Source: an uncultured delta proteobacterium (GTDB taxonomy: Bacteria > Myxococcota_A > Polyangia > Polyangiales > Polyangiaceae). From it: 64,000 bases of DNA. Below are positions 28,474 through 37,697 of this stretch, in pieces. Positions within the stretch are counted from its first letter, which is position 1. Every line of letters starts with the position of its first letter. Location of the stretch: NCBI GenBank assembly GCA_963782055.1, contig CAWAIF010000003.1, positions 3,040,001 through 3,104,000 of the forward strand, given 5' to 3'. The notes under the pieces are model-generated. The model ran no database searches and was not told the DNA's origin. It saw only the letters and a list, made by a program, of their open reading frames with translations. Both the position numbers and the translations under genes were made by a program.

Positions 28474-29280
28474 ATGACCGTCCGGCGCCGATCGAGCCAG
28501 CGCATGCCACAGGTGCGCGCTCCGCTCTTCCAGTGGACCTCGTTCGGCGGGACCGACGTGGGGCGCAAGCGTGCGAGCAACGAGGACGCCTTCTTCGTCG
28601 ACGACAAGATGGGCCTCTTCGTCGTGGCCGACGGCATGGGCGGACACGCCGCCGGTGAGGTCGCCAGCCAGGAGGCGGTCGACACCGTCTACGGCATGGT
28701 CAAGCGAGGCGTGGCGGACCTGCGCGAGCTGTACGACCCGCTGGACGACGACGAGGTGCGGAAGGCCTGCCGCCTGATGGAGAGCGCGGTGCAGGCGGCG
28801 ACGTACATGGTCTACTCCATGGCCGAGCTCGACCGCGGCAAGAGCGGAATGGGCACCACCATCAGCGCGATGCTGCTGCGCGGGGCGTACGCGATCACCG
28901 CGCAGGTGGGCGACAGCCGCATCTACCGCGTCGTGGGCGACCAGGTGGAGCAGCTCACCGAGGACCACACCCTCATCGCGTGGCAGCTCAAGCAGGGGCT
29001 CATCACGCCGGCGGAGGCGAAGACGTCGCCGCACCGCAACGTGATCACGCGGGCGGTGGGCAACCGCGAGTACGTGGAGGTCGACACGCGCCTCATCGCC
29101 CTCGAGAAGGGGGACCGCTTCCTGCTGTGCAGCGACGGCCTGCACGGCTACCTGCGCGACGTGGACGTGGCGCCCATCGTGAAGCTGGGGGGGCAGGACG
29201 CGGTGAAGCGCTTCATCGAGCTGGCCAACGAGCGAGGCGGCAAGGACAACATCACCGCGGTGCTGGTGGAGCTGGACTAG
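28474..29280 (+). CDS. PP2C-family Ser/Thr phosphatase (Stp1-like)
   Basis: TDVGRKRASNEDAF, VADGMGGH, GMGTT, VGDSR, RNVITRAVG, LCSDGL, DNIT. Confidence 0.95.
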   Translation: MTVRRRSSQRMPQVRAPLFQWTSFGGTDVGRKRASNEDAFFVDDKMGLFVVADGMGGHAAGEVASQEAVDTVYGMVKRGVADLRELYDPLDDDEVRKACRLMESAVQAATYMVYSMAELDRGKSGMGTTISAMLLRGAYAITAQVGDSRIYRVVGDQVEQLTEDHTLIAWQLKQGLITPAEAKTSPHRNVITRAVGNREYVEVDTRLIALEKGDRFLLCSDGLHGYLRDVDVAPIVKLGGQDAVKRFIELANERGGKDNITAVLVELD

Positions 29281-29509
29281 GGGCGCGGCCGCGCGTGCCG
29301 CCCCCGGAGAGCGGCCCCCGAAAAGTTGTATGCGTGTTGGCCGGCCTGCTAGGGGGTGATGCCAGAGTGCGTCGAACTTTCCTCTCCGCGGGCGCGAGGG
29401 CGCAGGGGCGTGGTCTTTGGGACACGTCACCGGCGGCGCCGGGGGCGGAAAGATGCGGTTTTTTGCCGGGCGCGCGGCGTGCAACGGCACGGCCCAGCGA
29501 GGAGAGACG

Positions 29510-30523
29510 ATGAGCGGACGTCGAGTCGGGGTCATCATGGGTGGGCTGAGCGCGGAGCGGGACGTGTCGCTCCGCACGGGCGAGGGTGTGGCGAAGGCGC
29601 TGGAGGAGCGCGGCCACGACGTCGTGCGCGTCGTCTTCGGTCCGCAGACGGCAGGCATCGACGAGCTGGTGCGGCAGGCCCGCATCGACGTCGCCTTCCT
29701 GGCGCTGCACGGGCGCGGGGGCGAGGACGGGTGCGTGCAGGGCCTGCTCGAGCTGCTCGGCGTGCCGTACACCGGCTCCAGCGTGCTCGGCTCCGCCCTG
29801 GCGATGGACAAGCTGAAGGCGAAGGAGATGTTCCGCCTCCACAACGTCCCGACGCCGCCGTACTACGTCGCGGGCGAGGAGGACCTGGCCGATCTGGAGG
29901 AGCTGCACGGCAGCTTCGGCTTCCCGGTGGTGGTCAAGCCGCGCGGGGAGGGGTCGAGCGTCGGGATGAGCAAGGCGGGCAGCCTCTCCGAGCTGGCGCT
30001 CGCCATCGAGAAGGCGCTGGAGCACGACGACTCGGTGCTCGTCGAGCGCTTCATCAAGGCGACCGAGGTGCACGTGGGCATCCTGGACGGCCGCGTGCTC
30101 GGGGCGATCGAGGTGGTGCCGAAGAGCGGCCTGTACGACTACCACTCCAAGTACACGGCGGGGGCGACCGAGTACATCAGCCCGCCGCGTATCCCGGGGA
30201 CGCGCGCGCGCGGCGTGATGATGCTGGCGGAGCGCGCGGCGCGTGCGATCGGGTGCACCGGCGCGTGCCGCGTGGACGTGCTCGTGACCGAGGGGGAAAA
30301 CGAGTACGTGCTGGAGGTCAACACCCTGCCCGGGATGACGCCGACGTCGCTCTTGCCGAAGATCGCCGCGTCCGCGGGCATCGACTACGGCGCCCTGTGC
30401 GAGACCATCCTCGCCGGCGCGCGCCTGCACGCGGGGCTTCGCCCCAAGGCGGCCCCGTCGTCGGCGTCGAGACCGGCGCTCCCGGAGGAGACGCCCGCGG
30501 AGCTCCGCCGCGTCGCGAGCTGA
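29510..30523 (+). CDS. ddl: D-alanine--D-alanine ligase
   Basis: GGLSAERDVSL, LHGRGGEDG, AMDK, GSSVG, YDYHSKY, LEVNTLPGMT. Confidence 0.96.
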   Translation: MSGRRVGVIMGGLSAERDVSLRTGEGVAKALEERGHDVVRVVFGPQTAGIDELVRQARIDVAFLALHGRGGEDGCVQGLLELLGVPYTGSSVLGSALAMDKLKAKEMFRLHNVPTPPYYVAGEEDLADLEELHGSFGFPVVVKPRGEGSSVGMSKAGSLSELALAIEKALEHDDSVLVERFIKATEVHVGILDGRVLGAIEVVPKSGLYDYHSKYTAGATEYISPPRIPGTRARGVMMLAERAARAIGCTGACRVDVLVTEGENEYVLEVNTLPGMTPTSLLPKIAASAGIDYGALCETILAGARLHAGLRPKAAPSSASRPALPEETPAELRRVAS

Positions 30524-30575
30524 GGAGAAGAGGAGGGAAGCCCCGCACCCCGAACCAGGAGGGGCCACGCCTTCT

Positions 30576-30782
30576 TCAGTCCCTGTGGAGCAGCTTGTTC
30601 AGCTCCTGAAACCGGGCCTCCTCCTCGTCGTCCCGCGCGTCCTCGCCCTTCTCCTCCAGCGCCCGCTGCTCCGTGTCCGCCGCCTCGAAGGCCGCTGCGT
30701 CGATCGGCTTGCCGCCCTTCGCGCCGAAGTAGGCGTGGAGCTCGCGGTAGTGGAGGAAGCGCTTGTGCACCTTGGGGTCCAT
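30576..30782 (-). CDS. Small hypothetical protein (68 aa)
   Basis: MDPKVHKRFLHYRELHAYFG..; GC-ending codons; TAGGAT 7 nt upstream of ATG. Confidence 0.7.
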   Translation of the reverse strand: MDPKVHKRFLHYRELHAYFGAKGGKPIDAAAFEAADTEQRALEEKGEDARDDEEEARFQELNKLLHRD

Positions 30783-30787
30783 CGCCC

Positions 30788-30810
30788 GCATCCTACACGG
30801 TGTAGGATGC
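30788..30810. promoter_or_regulatory. Perfect 23-bp palindrome forming a symmetric divergent promoter/operator
   Basis: GCATCCTACAC-G-GTGTAGGATGC; TAGGAT on each strand 7-8 nt before each start codon. Confidence 0.7.
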
Positions 30811-30816
30811 CGCGCC

Positions 30817-33231
30817 GTGCGGGCGCTCTGGGTGGTCCTCCTGTCGTGGGTCGCGGTCGCGGTCCTCGCCGGGACGGCCTGGGCCGCCGGGGAGGTCCGG
30901 CCGCCGGTGGTGAAGACGCCGGCCACCCCCGTGTACCCGGACGCGACAGCCGGGCTGACCCGCGAGGTCGACGTCGTGGTGACGATCGATGTGCAGGGGC
31001 GGGTGCAGGACGCGGCGCTGGTGGCGCCGTCGGGCGACGCGCTGGACGCGGTCGCGCTGGACACCGCGCGCCGGTACGTCTTCGAGCCTGCCACGGAGGA
31101 CGGCAAGCCGGTGGCGAGTCGGATCAAGCTGCGCCTCGCGCTGCGCGGCCCGCCGGCGGAGATCGTGGACGCGGGCGCGCCGGCCGCCGACGCGGCGCCG
31201 CCCGACGCGGCGGTGCAGGTCGCCAGCGCCCCCGACGCCGGCGTGACGCACGCGGCCGCCCCCGACGCAGGCGCGCCGGCCCCCGCTCCGGCCCCCGAGG
31301 AGGTGCGCGTCCGCGGACGGCGCCCTGACGAGAGCCCCACACGACGCACGCTGGACCGCCGGGAGATCGAGGACGTCCCGGGGACCGGCGGGGACGCGCT
31401 CCGGTCCATCGAGACGCTCCCCGGCGTGGCGCGCGCGCCCGCCTACAGCGGCCTCGTCATCCTGCGCGGGTCCTCCCCGCAGGACTCGCAGGTCTTCATC
31501 GACCGCGCCGCGGTGCCGCTCGCCTTTCACTTCGGCGGGTTCGCCGCCGTCGTCCCCACCGAGCTCATCGACACCATCGACGTCTACCCGGGCAACTACG
31601 ACGTGCAGTACGGGCGAGGCATCGGCGGCATCGTGGACGTGCGGCTGCGCAGCCCGCCGCGCGACCGCATCCACGCCATCGCCAAGATGAACCTGATCGA
31701 CGGGCGCGCCATCGTGGAGGGGCCGCTGCCCTTCGACGAGCACACCCGCTTCTTCGTCGGCGCGCGGCGGAGCTGGATCGACGCGTGGTTCCCGACGGTC
31801 GCCGACCTGGTGTCCCTCGGCGTCACCGCGTCGCCCGTCTACTACGACTACCAGGCGATGCTGGAGCGCGACTTCGGCGAGCACACCACCCTCCGGCTGA
31901 CCTTCCTCGGCTCCGACAATCGCGTGTCGGTCTACCTGCCGCCGTCCACCTCCACCGACCCCGCGTACTCCGGGGATCTCTCCAGCGCGACCGACTTCTG
32001 GCGGCTGCAGCTCCAGGGCGAATCGAAGGTCGGCAAGGCGCACCTCTTCTCGCAGCTCTCGGTGGGGCAGGACGACTTCGACCTCTCCCTCGGCTCCCTG
32101 CTCGACGGCCACAGCACCGCCACGAGGGTGCAGGGCAGGGCGCAGGTGGACGTGGGGCTGGCCCGCGGGGTGAAGCTCTTCGGCGGCATCGACGCCGACG
32201 GCGGCGACCTCGACTATGCGCTGTCCTTCCCGGCCATCCCGGTGCCCGACGAGCCGGACACCGGTCCGAGCTTCGGGCGGCGGCGGCTGACCACCTCGCG
32301 TCAGGTCGGCTACTTCGACCCTGCGGCCTTCGCCGACCTGGAGGTCTACCCGACGCCGCGCGTGCGTGTCGTCGCGGGCGCGCGGGTGGAGACCTTCGCG
32401 CAGACCGCCGGCGCGTACGTCGAGCCGCGGGCGAGCGTGCGCTGGGCGGTGCACGCCGAACAGCCGAAGACGACGCTCAAGGCGGCGGTGGGCCTGTACG
32501 CGCAGCCGCCGCAGATCCAGGAGGTGGACCCGGTGTTCGGCACGCCGGGGATCTCCGCCAACCAGGACGTGCAGCTCTCCGCCGGTATCGAGCAGCAGAT
32601 CGGCCGGCGGCTGGAGCTGTCCATCGAGCCCTTCTACAAGCAGCTCTTCGACCTGGTGTCGCGGCGGCCGGACGCGGCCTCGCCCAGCGGCTTCCGCTAC
32701 GGCAACGAGGGGAGCGGCTTCGCCTACGGCGCGGAGGTCATGCTCAAGCTGCTGCGCGACGCCCGGTGGATGGGCTGGCTCGCCTACACCATCTCCCGCA
32801 GCGAGCGGCGCGCGCTGCCGGAGGACGACCTTCGCCTCTTCGAGTACGACCAGACGCACGTGCTCTCCGCGCTCGCCAGCTACCGACCCGGTGGCGGCTG
32901 GGAGGTGGGCGCGCGCGTGCGCTACGTGACCGGAGACCCCTACACCGCCATCGGCGGCGGCTACTTCGACGCCGACGCCGGGGACTACGGCCCGGTCGAC
33001 CTGCTGCCCTTGTATTCTGCACGTTATCCGGAGTTCTTCTCCCTGGACGTGCGCGTGGAGAAGCGCTTCCGCATCCTCCGGGACTCCACGCTCGCGGTGT
33101 ACCTGGACATCATGAACGCCACCAACAAGCGCAACGTGGAGAGCCTGACCTACAGCTTCGACTACGGCGCGACGTCGTCGGTCGGCGGCCTGCCCATCCT
33201 CCCCACCCTGGGCGTGAGGCTGGAGCTGTGA
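30817..33231 (+). CDS. TonB-dependent receptor with N-terminal TonB C-terminal-like domain
   Basis: Signal peptide; VTIDVQGRV..FEPATEDGKPV; plug DALRSIETLPGV..GNYDVQYGRGIGG; barrel ending LPILPTLGVRLEL. Confidence 0.9.
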   Translation: MRALWVVLLSWVAVAVLAGTAWAAGEVRPPVVKTPATPVYPDATAGLTREVDVVVTIDVQGRVQDAALVAPSGDALDAVALDTARRYVFEPATEDGKPVASRIKLRLALRGPPAEIVDAGAPAADAAPPDAAVQVASAPDAGVTHAAAPDAGAPAPAPAPEEVRVRGRRPDESPTRRTLDRREIEDVPGTGGDALRSIETLPGVARAPAYSGLVILRGSSPQDSQVFIDRAAVPLAFHFGGFAAVVPTELIDTIDVYPGNYDVQYGRGIGGIVDVRLRSPPRDRIHAIAKMNLIDGRAIVEGPLPFDEHTRFFVGARRSWIDAWFPTVADLVSLGVTASPVYYDYQAMLERDFGEHTTLRLTFLGSDNRVSVYLPPSTSTDPAYSGDLSSATDFWRLQLQGESKVGKAHLFSQLSVGQDDFDLSLGSLLDGHSTATRVQGRAQVDVGLARGVKLFGGIDADGGDLDYALSFPAIPVPDEPDTGPSFGRRRLTTSRQVGYFDPAAFADLEVYPTPRVRVVAGARVETFAQTAGAYVEPRASVRWAVHAEQPKTTLKAAVGLYAQPPQIQEVDPVFGTPGISANQDVQLSAGIEQQIGRRLELSIEPFYKQLFDLVSRRPDAASPSGFRYGNEGSGFAYGAEVMLKLLRDARWMGWLAYTISRSERRALPEDDLRLFEYDQTHVLSALASYRPGGGWEVGARVRYVTGDPYTAIGGGYFDADAGDYGPVDLLPLYSARYPEFFSLDVRVEKRFRILRDSTLAVYLDIMNATNKRNVESLTYSFDYGATSSVGGLPILPTLGVRLEL

Positions 33232-34134
33232 GCCCGCCCAGGTCCACGCGCGCGCGCGCGGCGTTCGCGGTGACGGCGGCCATGGCGGTCTTCGCGGCGT
33301 CGTGCGAGCCGTCCGGCTACGAGCCGCAGAGCGAGGTCGACACCCTCCGCGTCCTCGCCGTGAAGGCGGATCTGCCGTTCGCGCAGCCGGGCGAGAAGGT
33401 GCACCTGACCGCGCTGGTGGCCGACCCGCTCGGCGACGGGCGGGCCGTCTCGATGGCGTGGGGGACGTGCGAGAACCCGGGGTCCGGCGGAGATCCCGGC
33501 GTGCGAGGCGAAGGTGTCCGGGTACACCCTCGGCACGAGGTCTTTCGACGTGACCGTGCCCGCCGACGCGCTGGAGGGGCTGCCGCCGGAGGCGCCTGTC
33601 GGCGAGGTGGGCGTCGTCTTCGCGGCGTGCGCCGGCACCCTGCTGCCCGCGCCCACGCAGACGTCGCCCGTCTCCTGCGTCGACGCCCAGGGCGGCGCGG
33701 TGGGGCGCCAGGGCTTCCTGTGGGGCGGCAAGCGCATCGTGGTGGTGCCCGGGGTGCGCAACCAGAACCCCGCCATCGTCCGCGTGCGGCTAGACGGCGT
33801 GATCTGGAGCGAGTCCTACGTACCGGTCATCGACGGGTGCCCCCGCGCCACGCTGGACGACTGCCCGGACGCCCTGCAGCACGTCTTCACCGTGGAGGTG
33901 ACGCCGGAGAGCCGGGAGACCTACGGCGACCAGACGGAGGACCTGGTGGCGTGGTTCTTCGTCTCGCAGGGCGAGGTGCAGGACGACTACCTCCGGCCGG
34001 GGGACGACTTCGCCGCGGCGACGGCCTTCGCGCCCACCGCGGCGGACCCCTCGCGCCCGGTCGAGGTGTGGTTCGTCGTCCGCGACGACCGGGGGGGCGT
34101 GGACTTCACCCACCGGTCGATGCGCCTGCGATGA
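33228..34134 (+). pseudogene. Receptor-associated lipoprotein with a +1 frameshift near 33489 (or a sequencing indel)
   Basis: GTG at 33228, lipobox AASC, LRVLAVKADLP; frame switches at ggcggagatc into EIPACEAKVSG..RNQNPAI..WFVVRDDRGGVDF. Confidence 0.7.
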
Positions 34135-34168
34135 CGCCGTCCGGCCGCGGATTTGCTACGGTCGCGGC

Positions 34169-35659
34169 GTGACGACCCTGCGCCTCGTCGAGGTGGAGAA
34201 GCGCTTCGGATCGCTCGTCGCGGTCACCGGGGCGAGCGTGACGTTCGAGCCCGGGCGCATCCACGCGGTGGTCGGCGAGAACGGCGCGGGCAAGAGCACG
34301 CTGCTGCGCGTGGCGGCGGGCACGCTGGCGCCGGACGCGGGGCACGTGGAGATCGACGGCGTGCGGCTCGCCCCTCACACGGCCGCGCAGGCGATCGCGC
34401 GCGGGGTGGGGATGGTGGAGCAGCACTTCCTGCTCATCGACGCGCTCACCGTGCTGGACAACGCGATGCTGGGGGTGGAGCCCACGCGCGGGGTGCGCCT
34501 GGACCGCCCGGCGGCGGCGAGGAAGCTCGACGGCGTGCTCGCCGAGCTGGGCGCGACGCTCGACACGCGCGCGCGGGTGGCGGAGCTCGGCGTGGGGGAG
34601 CGGCAGCGGCTGGAGATCGCGCGCGTCCTCTTCCGCGACGCGCGCGTGGTGATCCTGGACGAGCCCACCGCGGTGCTGACGCCGCAGGAGGCGGAGGCGC
34701 TGTACGCGACGCTCCGCAAGCTGGCGGCCGCCGGGCGCGCGGTCGTCGTGGTGACGCACAAGCTGGACGAGGTCTACGATCACGCCGAGGCGGTGACCGT
34801 GCTCCGCCGCGGCCGGCTGATCGAGACGCGCCCGGTGCACCGGGGGACGCGCGCGGAGGACATGCGCGCGCTCGGGCGCGACGTGATGGGCGCGGAGGCG
34901 CCGGAGGAGGCGCCCACGGCCGCGGCCCCGGCGGGCGAGACGGTGCTGGCGGTGAACGGGCTGGCGTGCGGGCGTGCGCTGCGCGGGGTCACGCTCTCGG
35001 TCGCGCGCGGGGAGATCGTGGGCGTCGCCGGGGTGGAGGGCAACGGCCAGCGGGAGCTGGTGCACGTCCTCGCCGGCCTCGTCGAGGCGACGGCGGGGGA
35101 GGTGCGCGCGTCGGCGCCTGTCGCGGTGGTGCACGAGGACCGGCAGGAGGAGGGGCTGGTGCTGGACGCGTCCCTCTTCGACAACGCGCTACTCGGCGAT
35201 CTCGCGCGCTTCGCCCGCGGCGGGCTGCTGGCGATGGGGCGCGCCGGGGCGGAGGCGGAGCGGCGCCTGCGCGACGGCGGCGTGCGGCCGCGTGATCTGG
35301 AGCTGCCCGCGGTGGCCCTCTCCGGCGGCAACCAGCAGAAGATCGTGGTCGAGCGGGCGATGGCGCGGGCGGACGCGACACGCGGCGCGGCGGCGGCGGG
35401 CGTGCTGGTGCTCGCCCACCCGACGCGCGGCGTGGACCTCGGCGCCGCGCGAGCCATTCGCGCGCGCGTGCGGGCGGCCGCCGCGGCGGGGGCGGGGGTG
35501 CTGGTCTTCGGCGCCGACCTGGACGAGCTGCGCGTGCTCTGCCACCGCATCCTGGTCATCGCGCGCGGTCGCATCGCCGGCGAGCTGCCGCCGAGCGCTA
35601 GCAACGAGGCCATCGGCGCGCTCATGCTCGCGGGCGCGGCGACAGGGGGCGCGGCGTGA
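34169..35659 (+). CDS. ABC transporter ATPase with two NBDs (CUT2 nucleoside/monosaccharide type)
   Basis: GENGAGKST, ILDEPT, GVEGNGQREL, LSGGNQQK, HPTRGVD. Confidence 0.92.
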   Translation: MTTLRLVEVEKRFGSLVAVTGASVTFEPGRIHAVVGENGAGKSTLLRVAAGTLAPDAGHVEIDGVRLAPHTAAQAIARGVGMVEQHFLLIDALTVLDNAMLGVEPTRGVRLDRPAAARKLDGVLAELGATLDTRARVAELGVGERQRLEIARVLFRDARVVILDEPTAVLTPQEAEALYATLRKLAAAGRAVVVVTHKLDEVYDHAEAVTVLRRGRLIETRPVHRGTRAEDMRALGRDVMGAEAPEEAPTAAAPAGETVLAVNGLACGRALRGVTLSVARGEIVGVAGVEGNGQRELVHVLAGLVEATAGEVRASAPVAVVHEDRQEEGLVLDASLFDNALLGDLARFARGGLLAMGRAGAEAERRLRDGGVRPRDLELPAVALSGGNQQKIVVERAMARADATRGAAAAGVLVLAHPTRGVDLGAARAIRARVRAAAAAGAGVLVFGADLDELRVLCHRILVIARGRIAGELPPSASNEAIGALMLAGAATGGAA

Positions 35660-36744
35660 GCGCGCGGCGCGCCAGCGGCGCGGCGTGGGAGGCGGACCTG
35701 CTCTCCATGCTGACCGGCGTGCTCGCCGCATGGATCGCCTTCTCCCTGCTGGTGTGGGCCTACGGCGAGTCGCCGCGGGCGATGGGCGCGCTCGTCCTCT
35801 CCGGCACGTGGGGCAGCGCGTACGGCCTCGGCCAGGTGCTCTTCAAGGCGACGCCGCTGCTCTTCTCCGGGCTCGCGGTGCACTTCGCGCTGCGCGCGGG
35901 CCTCTTCAACATCGGCGCGGAGGGTCAGCTCATGGTCTCCAGCCTAGCGGTGGCGACGCTCGGGGCGCGCCTCCCGCCGGGGACGCCGGCCGCGCTCGCC
36001 TGGCCGCTGCTCTTCGTGGTGGCGGCCGCCGCGGGGGCGATCTGGGCCGCGCTGCCGGCGCTGCTGCGCGCGCGCTACGGCGCGCACGAGGTCATCTCCA
36101 CCATCATGATGAACAGCATCGGCAGCGCGCTCGTGGGCTTCCTGCTCGGGCTGGGGCTCGCGCAGAAGGACACCGTGCGCACACCGGACATCGTGCCCGG
36201 CGCGCGGCTGCCGAAGCTGGACCGCTGGGTGGGGGCGCTGCACGGGAGCGCGGCGAGCGTCGCGCTGTTCTTCGGACTGGCGCTGGTGGTGGCGGTGATG
36301 CTCCTGCTGCCGCGCACGCGCGCGGGGCGCGAGCTCGCGCTGGTGGCAGAGAACCCGGTCGCGTGCCGCGCGGAGCGCGTGCCGGTGCGCGCGCGGCTCT
36401 TCCAGGCGCTGGTCGTGTCGGGCGCGCTGGCGGGGCTGGGTAGCCTGCCGACGGTGCTGGGGTACAAGGGCTACTTCGAGCAGGGGCTCGGCGCGGGCGC
36501 AGGGTTCGCCGGGCTGGCGGTGGCGATCCTCGGCCGGGGGCGGATCGCCGGCGTCATCTTCGCCGCGCTGCTCTTCGGGACGCTGGCGCAGGGCGGGCTG
36601 GCGATCAACGCGCACGTCCCCATGGAGGTGATGGACGTCATCCAGGGCGTGGTGGTGGTGGCGGTGGCGCTGGGTGACGCGAGGGTGCGCGCGTGGCTCG
36701 TCGACCGCATGCGCGGGGCGGCGCGACCGGAGGAGGCCTCGTGA
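35656..36744 (+). CDS. ABC transporter permease (nucleoside type)
   Basis: ATPLLFSGL, GLFNIGAEGQ, HEVISTIMMN, GFAGLAVAILGR. Confidence 0.9.
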   Translation: MSARRASGAAWEADLLSMLTGVLAAWIAFSLLVWAYGESPRAMGALVLSGTWGSAYGLGQVLFKATPLLFSGLAVHFALRAGLFNIGAEGQLMVSSLAVATLGARLPPGTPAALAWPLLFVVAAAAGAIWAALPALLRARYGAHEVISTIMMNSIGSALVGFLLGLGLAQKDTVRTPDIVPGARLPKLDRWVGALHGSAASVALFFGLALVVAVMLLLPRTRAGRELALVAENPVACRAERVPVRARLFQALVVSGALAGLGSLPTVLGYKGYFEQGLGAGAGFAGLAVAILGRGRIAGVIFAALLFGTLAQGGLAINAHVPMEVMDVIQGVVVVAVALGDARVRAWLVDRMRGAARPEEAS

Positions 36745-37667
36745 GCGCGCTCGGTGCGGTCTTGTCCCTGGCGATGCTCGGGCAGACCGTGCGCGCGAGC
36801 GTGCCGTACGTGCTGGCGGCGCAGGGCGGCGTGTGGAGCGAGCGCAGCGGCGTGGTGAACATCGCGCTGGAGGGGATGCTCCTGGCCGGCGGGCTCGCCA
36901 GCGTCGCGGTCTCGGTCGCCACGGGGAGCGCGGTGCTCGGCCTGGTGGGGGCGGCGGCGGCGGGGGTGCTGCTCGGCCTGCTCCACGTCACGGTGGTGGA
37001 GCGCGGCCGGGTGGACGCCATCATCAGCGGGCTGGCCATCAACCTCATCGCCGCGGGCGGCACGCGCGTGGTGCTCCGTACCCTGTACAAGTCCAGCTCC
37101 AACTCGCCGGCGATCGAGGGCTTCCGCCGCGTGGCGAGCGGCGGCGTGGGCGCGCTCGTCTCCGCCCTCGTCGACCCCATGACGCTCCTCTGCGTCGCCG
37201 CGGTCGCGGTGACCGTGCTCACCCTGAAGGAGACGCGCCTCGGCCTGCGCGTGCGCGCGTCGGGCGAGGGGCCGGTCGCCGCCGCGGGCGCGGGCGTGCC
37301 GGTCGTCCGCGTCCGCACGCTCGCGGTGGCGATCGGCGGCGCGCTGGCCGGGCTGGGCGGCGCGGCGCTCGCGTACGATCAGCACCAGTTCCAGAGCGGG
37401 ATGAGCGGCGGGCGCGGCTTCATCGCCCTGGCGGCGGTGGTGCTCTCCGGCTGGCGCGCGGGGCGCGCGGCGGCGCTCTGCGTCGCCTTCGCGGTGCTCG
37501 ACGCGCTGCAGGTGGCGCTGCAGGGTCAGACGCGCGCGCTGCAGGACGTGGTGCAGATGCTCCCCTATGCCGCGGCGCTCTTCGCGCTGGGGGCGCTGGC
37601 TCGACCCGGACGCACGCGCCTCTTCGGCGGCCCGCCGCCCGCCGGGCTGGGCAAGCACGCCTCCTGA
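36741..37667 (+). CDS. ABC transporter permease (nucleoside type)
   Basis: SERSGVVNIALEGMLL, GRGFIALAAV, MLPY, PAGLGK; GTG at 36741. Confidence 0.9.
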   Translation: MSALGAVLSLAMLGQTVRASVPYVLAAQGGVWSERSGVVNIALEGMLLAGGLASVAVSVATGSAVLGLVGAAAAGVLLGLLHVTVVERGRVDAIISGLAINLIAAGGTRVVLRTLYKSSSNSPAIEGFRRVASGGVGALVSALVDPMTLLCVAAVAVTVLTLKETRLGLRVRASGEGPVAAAGAGVPVVRVRTLAVAIGGALAGLGGAALAYDQHQFQSGMSGGRGFIALAAVVLSGWRAGRAAALCVAFAVLDALQVALQGQTRALQDVVQMLPYAAALFALGALARPGRTRLFGGPPPAGLGKHAS

Positions 37668-37697
37668 CCCCGCCGCCGGGCTGATATAAAGGACGGG

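Noticed and set aside
26401..29844. 1147-aa FlhA with a long N-terminal extension
   Set aside because: The extension is antisense to the PP2C and ddl genes; homology begins near 28365
35380..35440. Degenerate Walker B (LAHPTRG) in the second ABC domain as a pseudogene sign
   Set aside because: A degenerate second NBD is normal for CUT2-family ATPases
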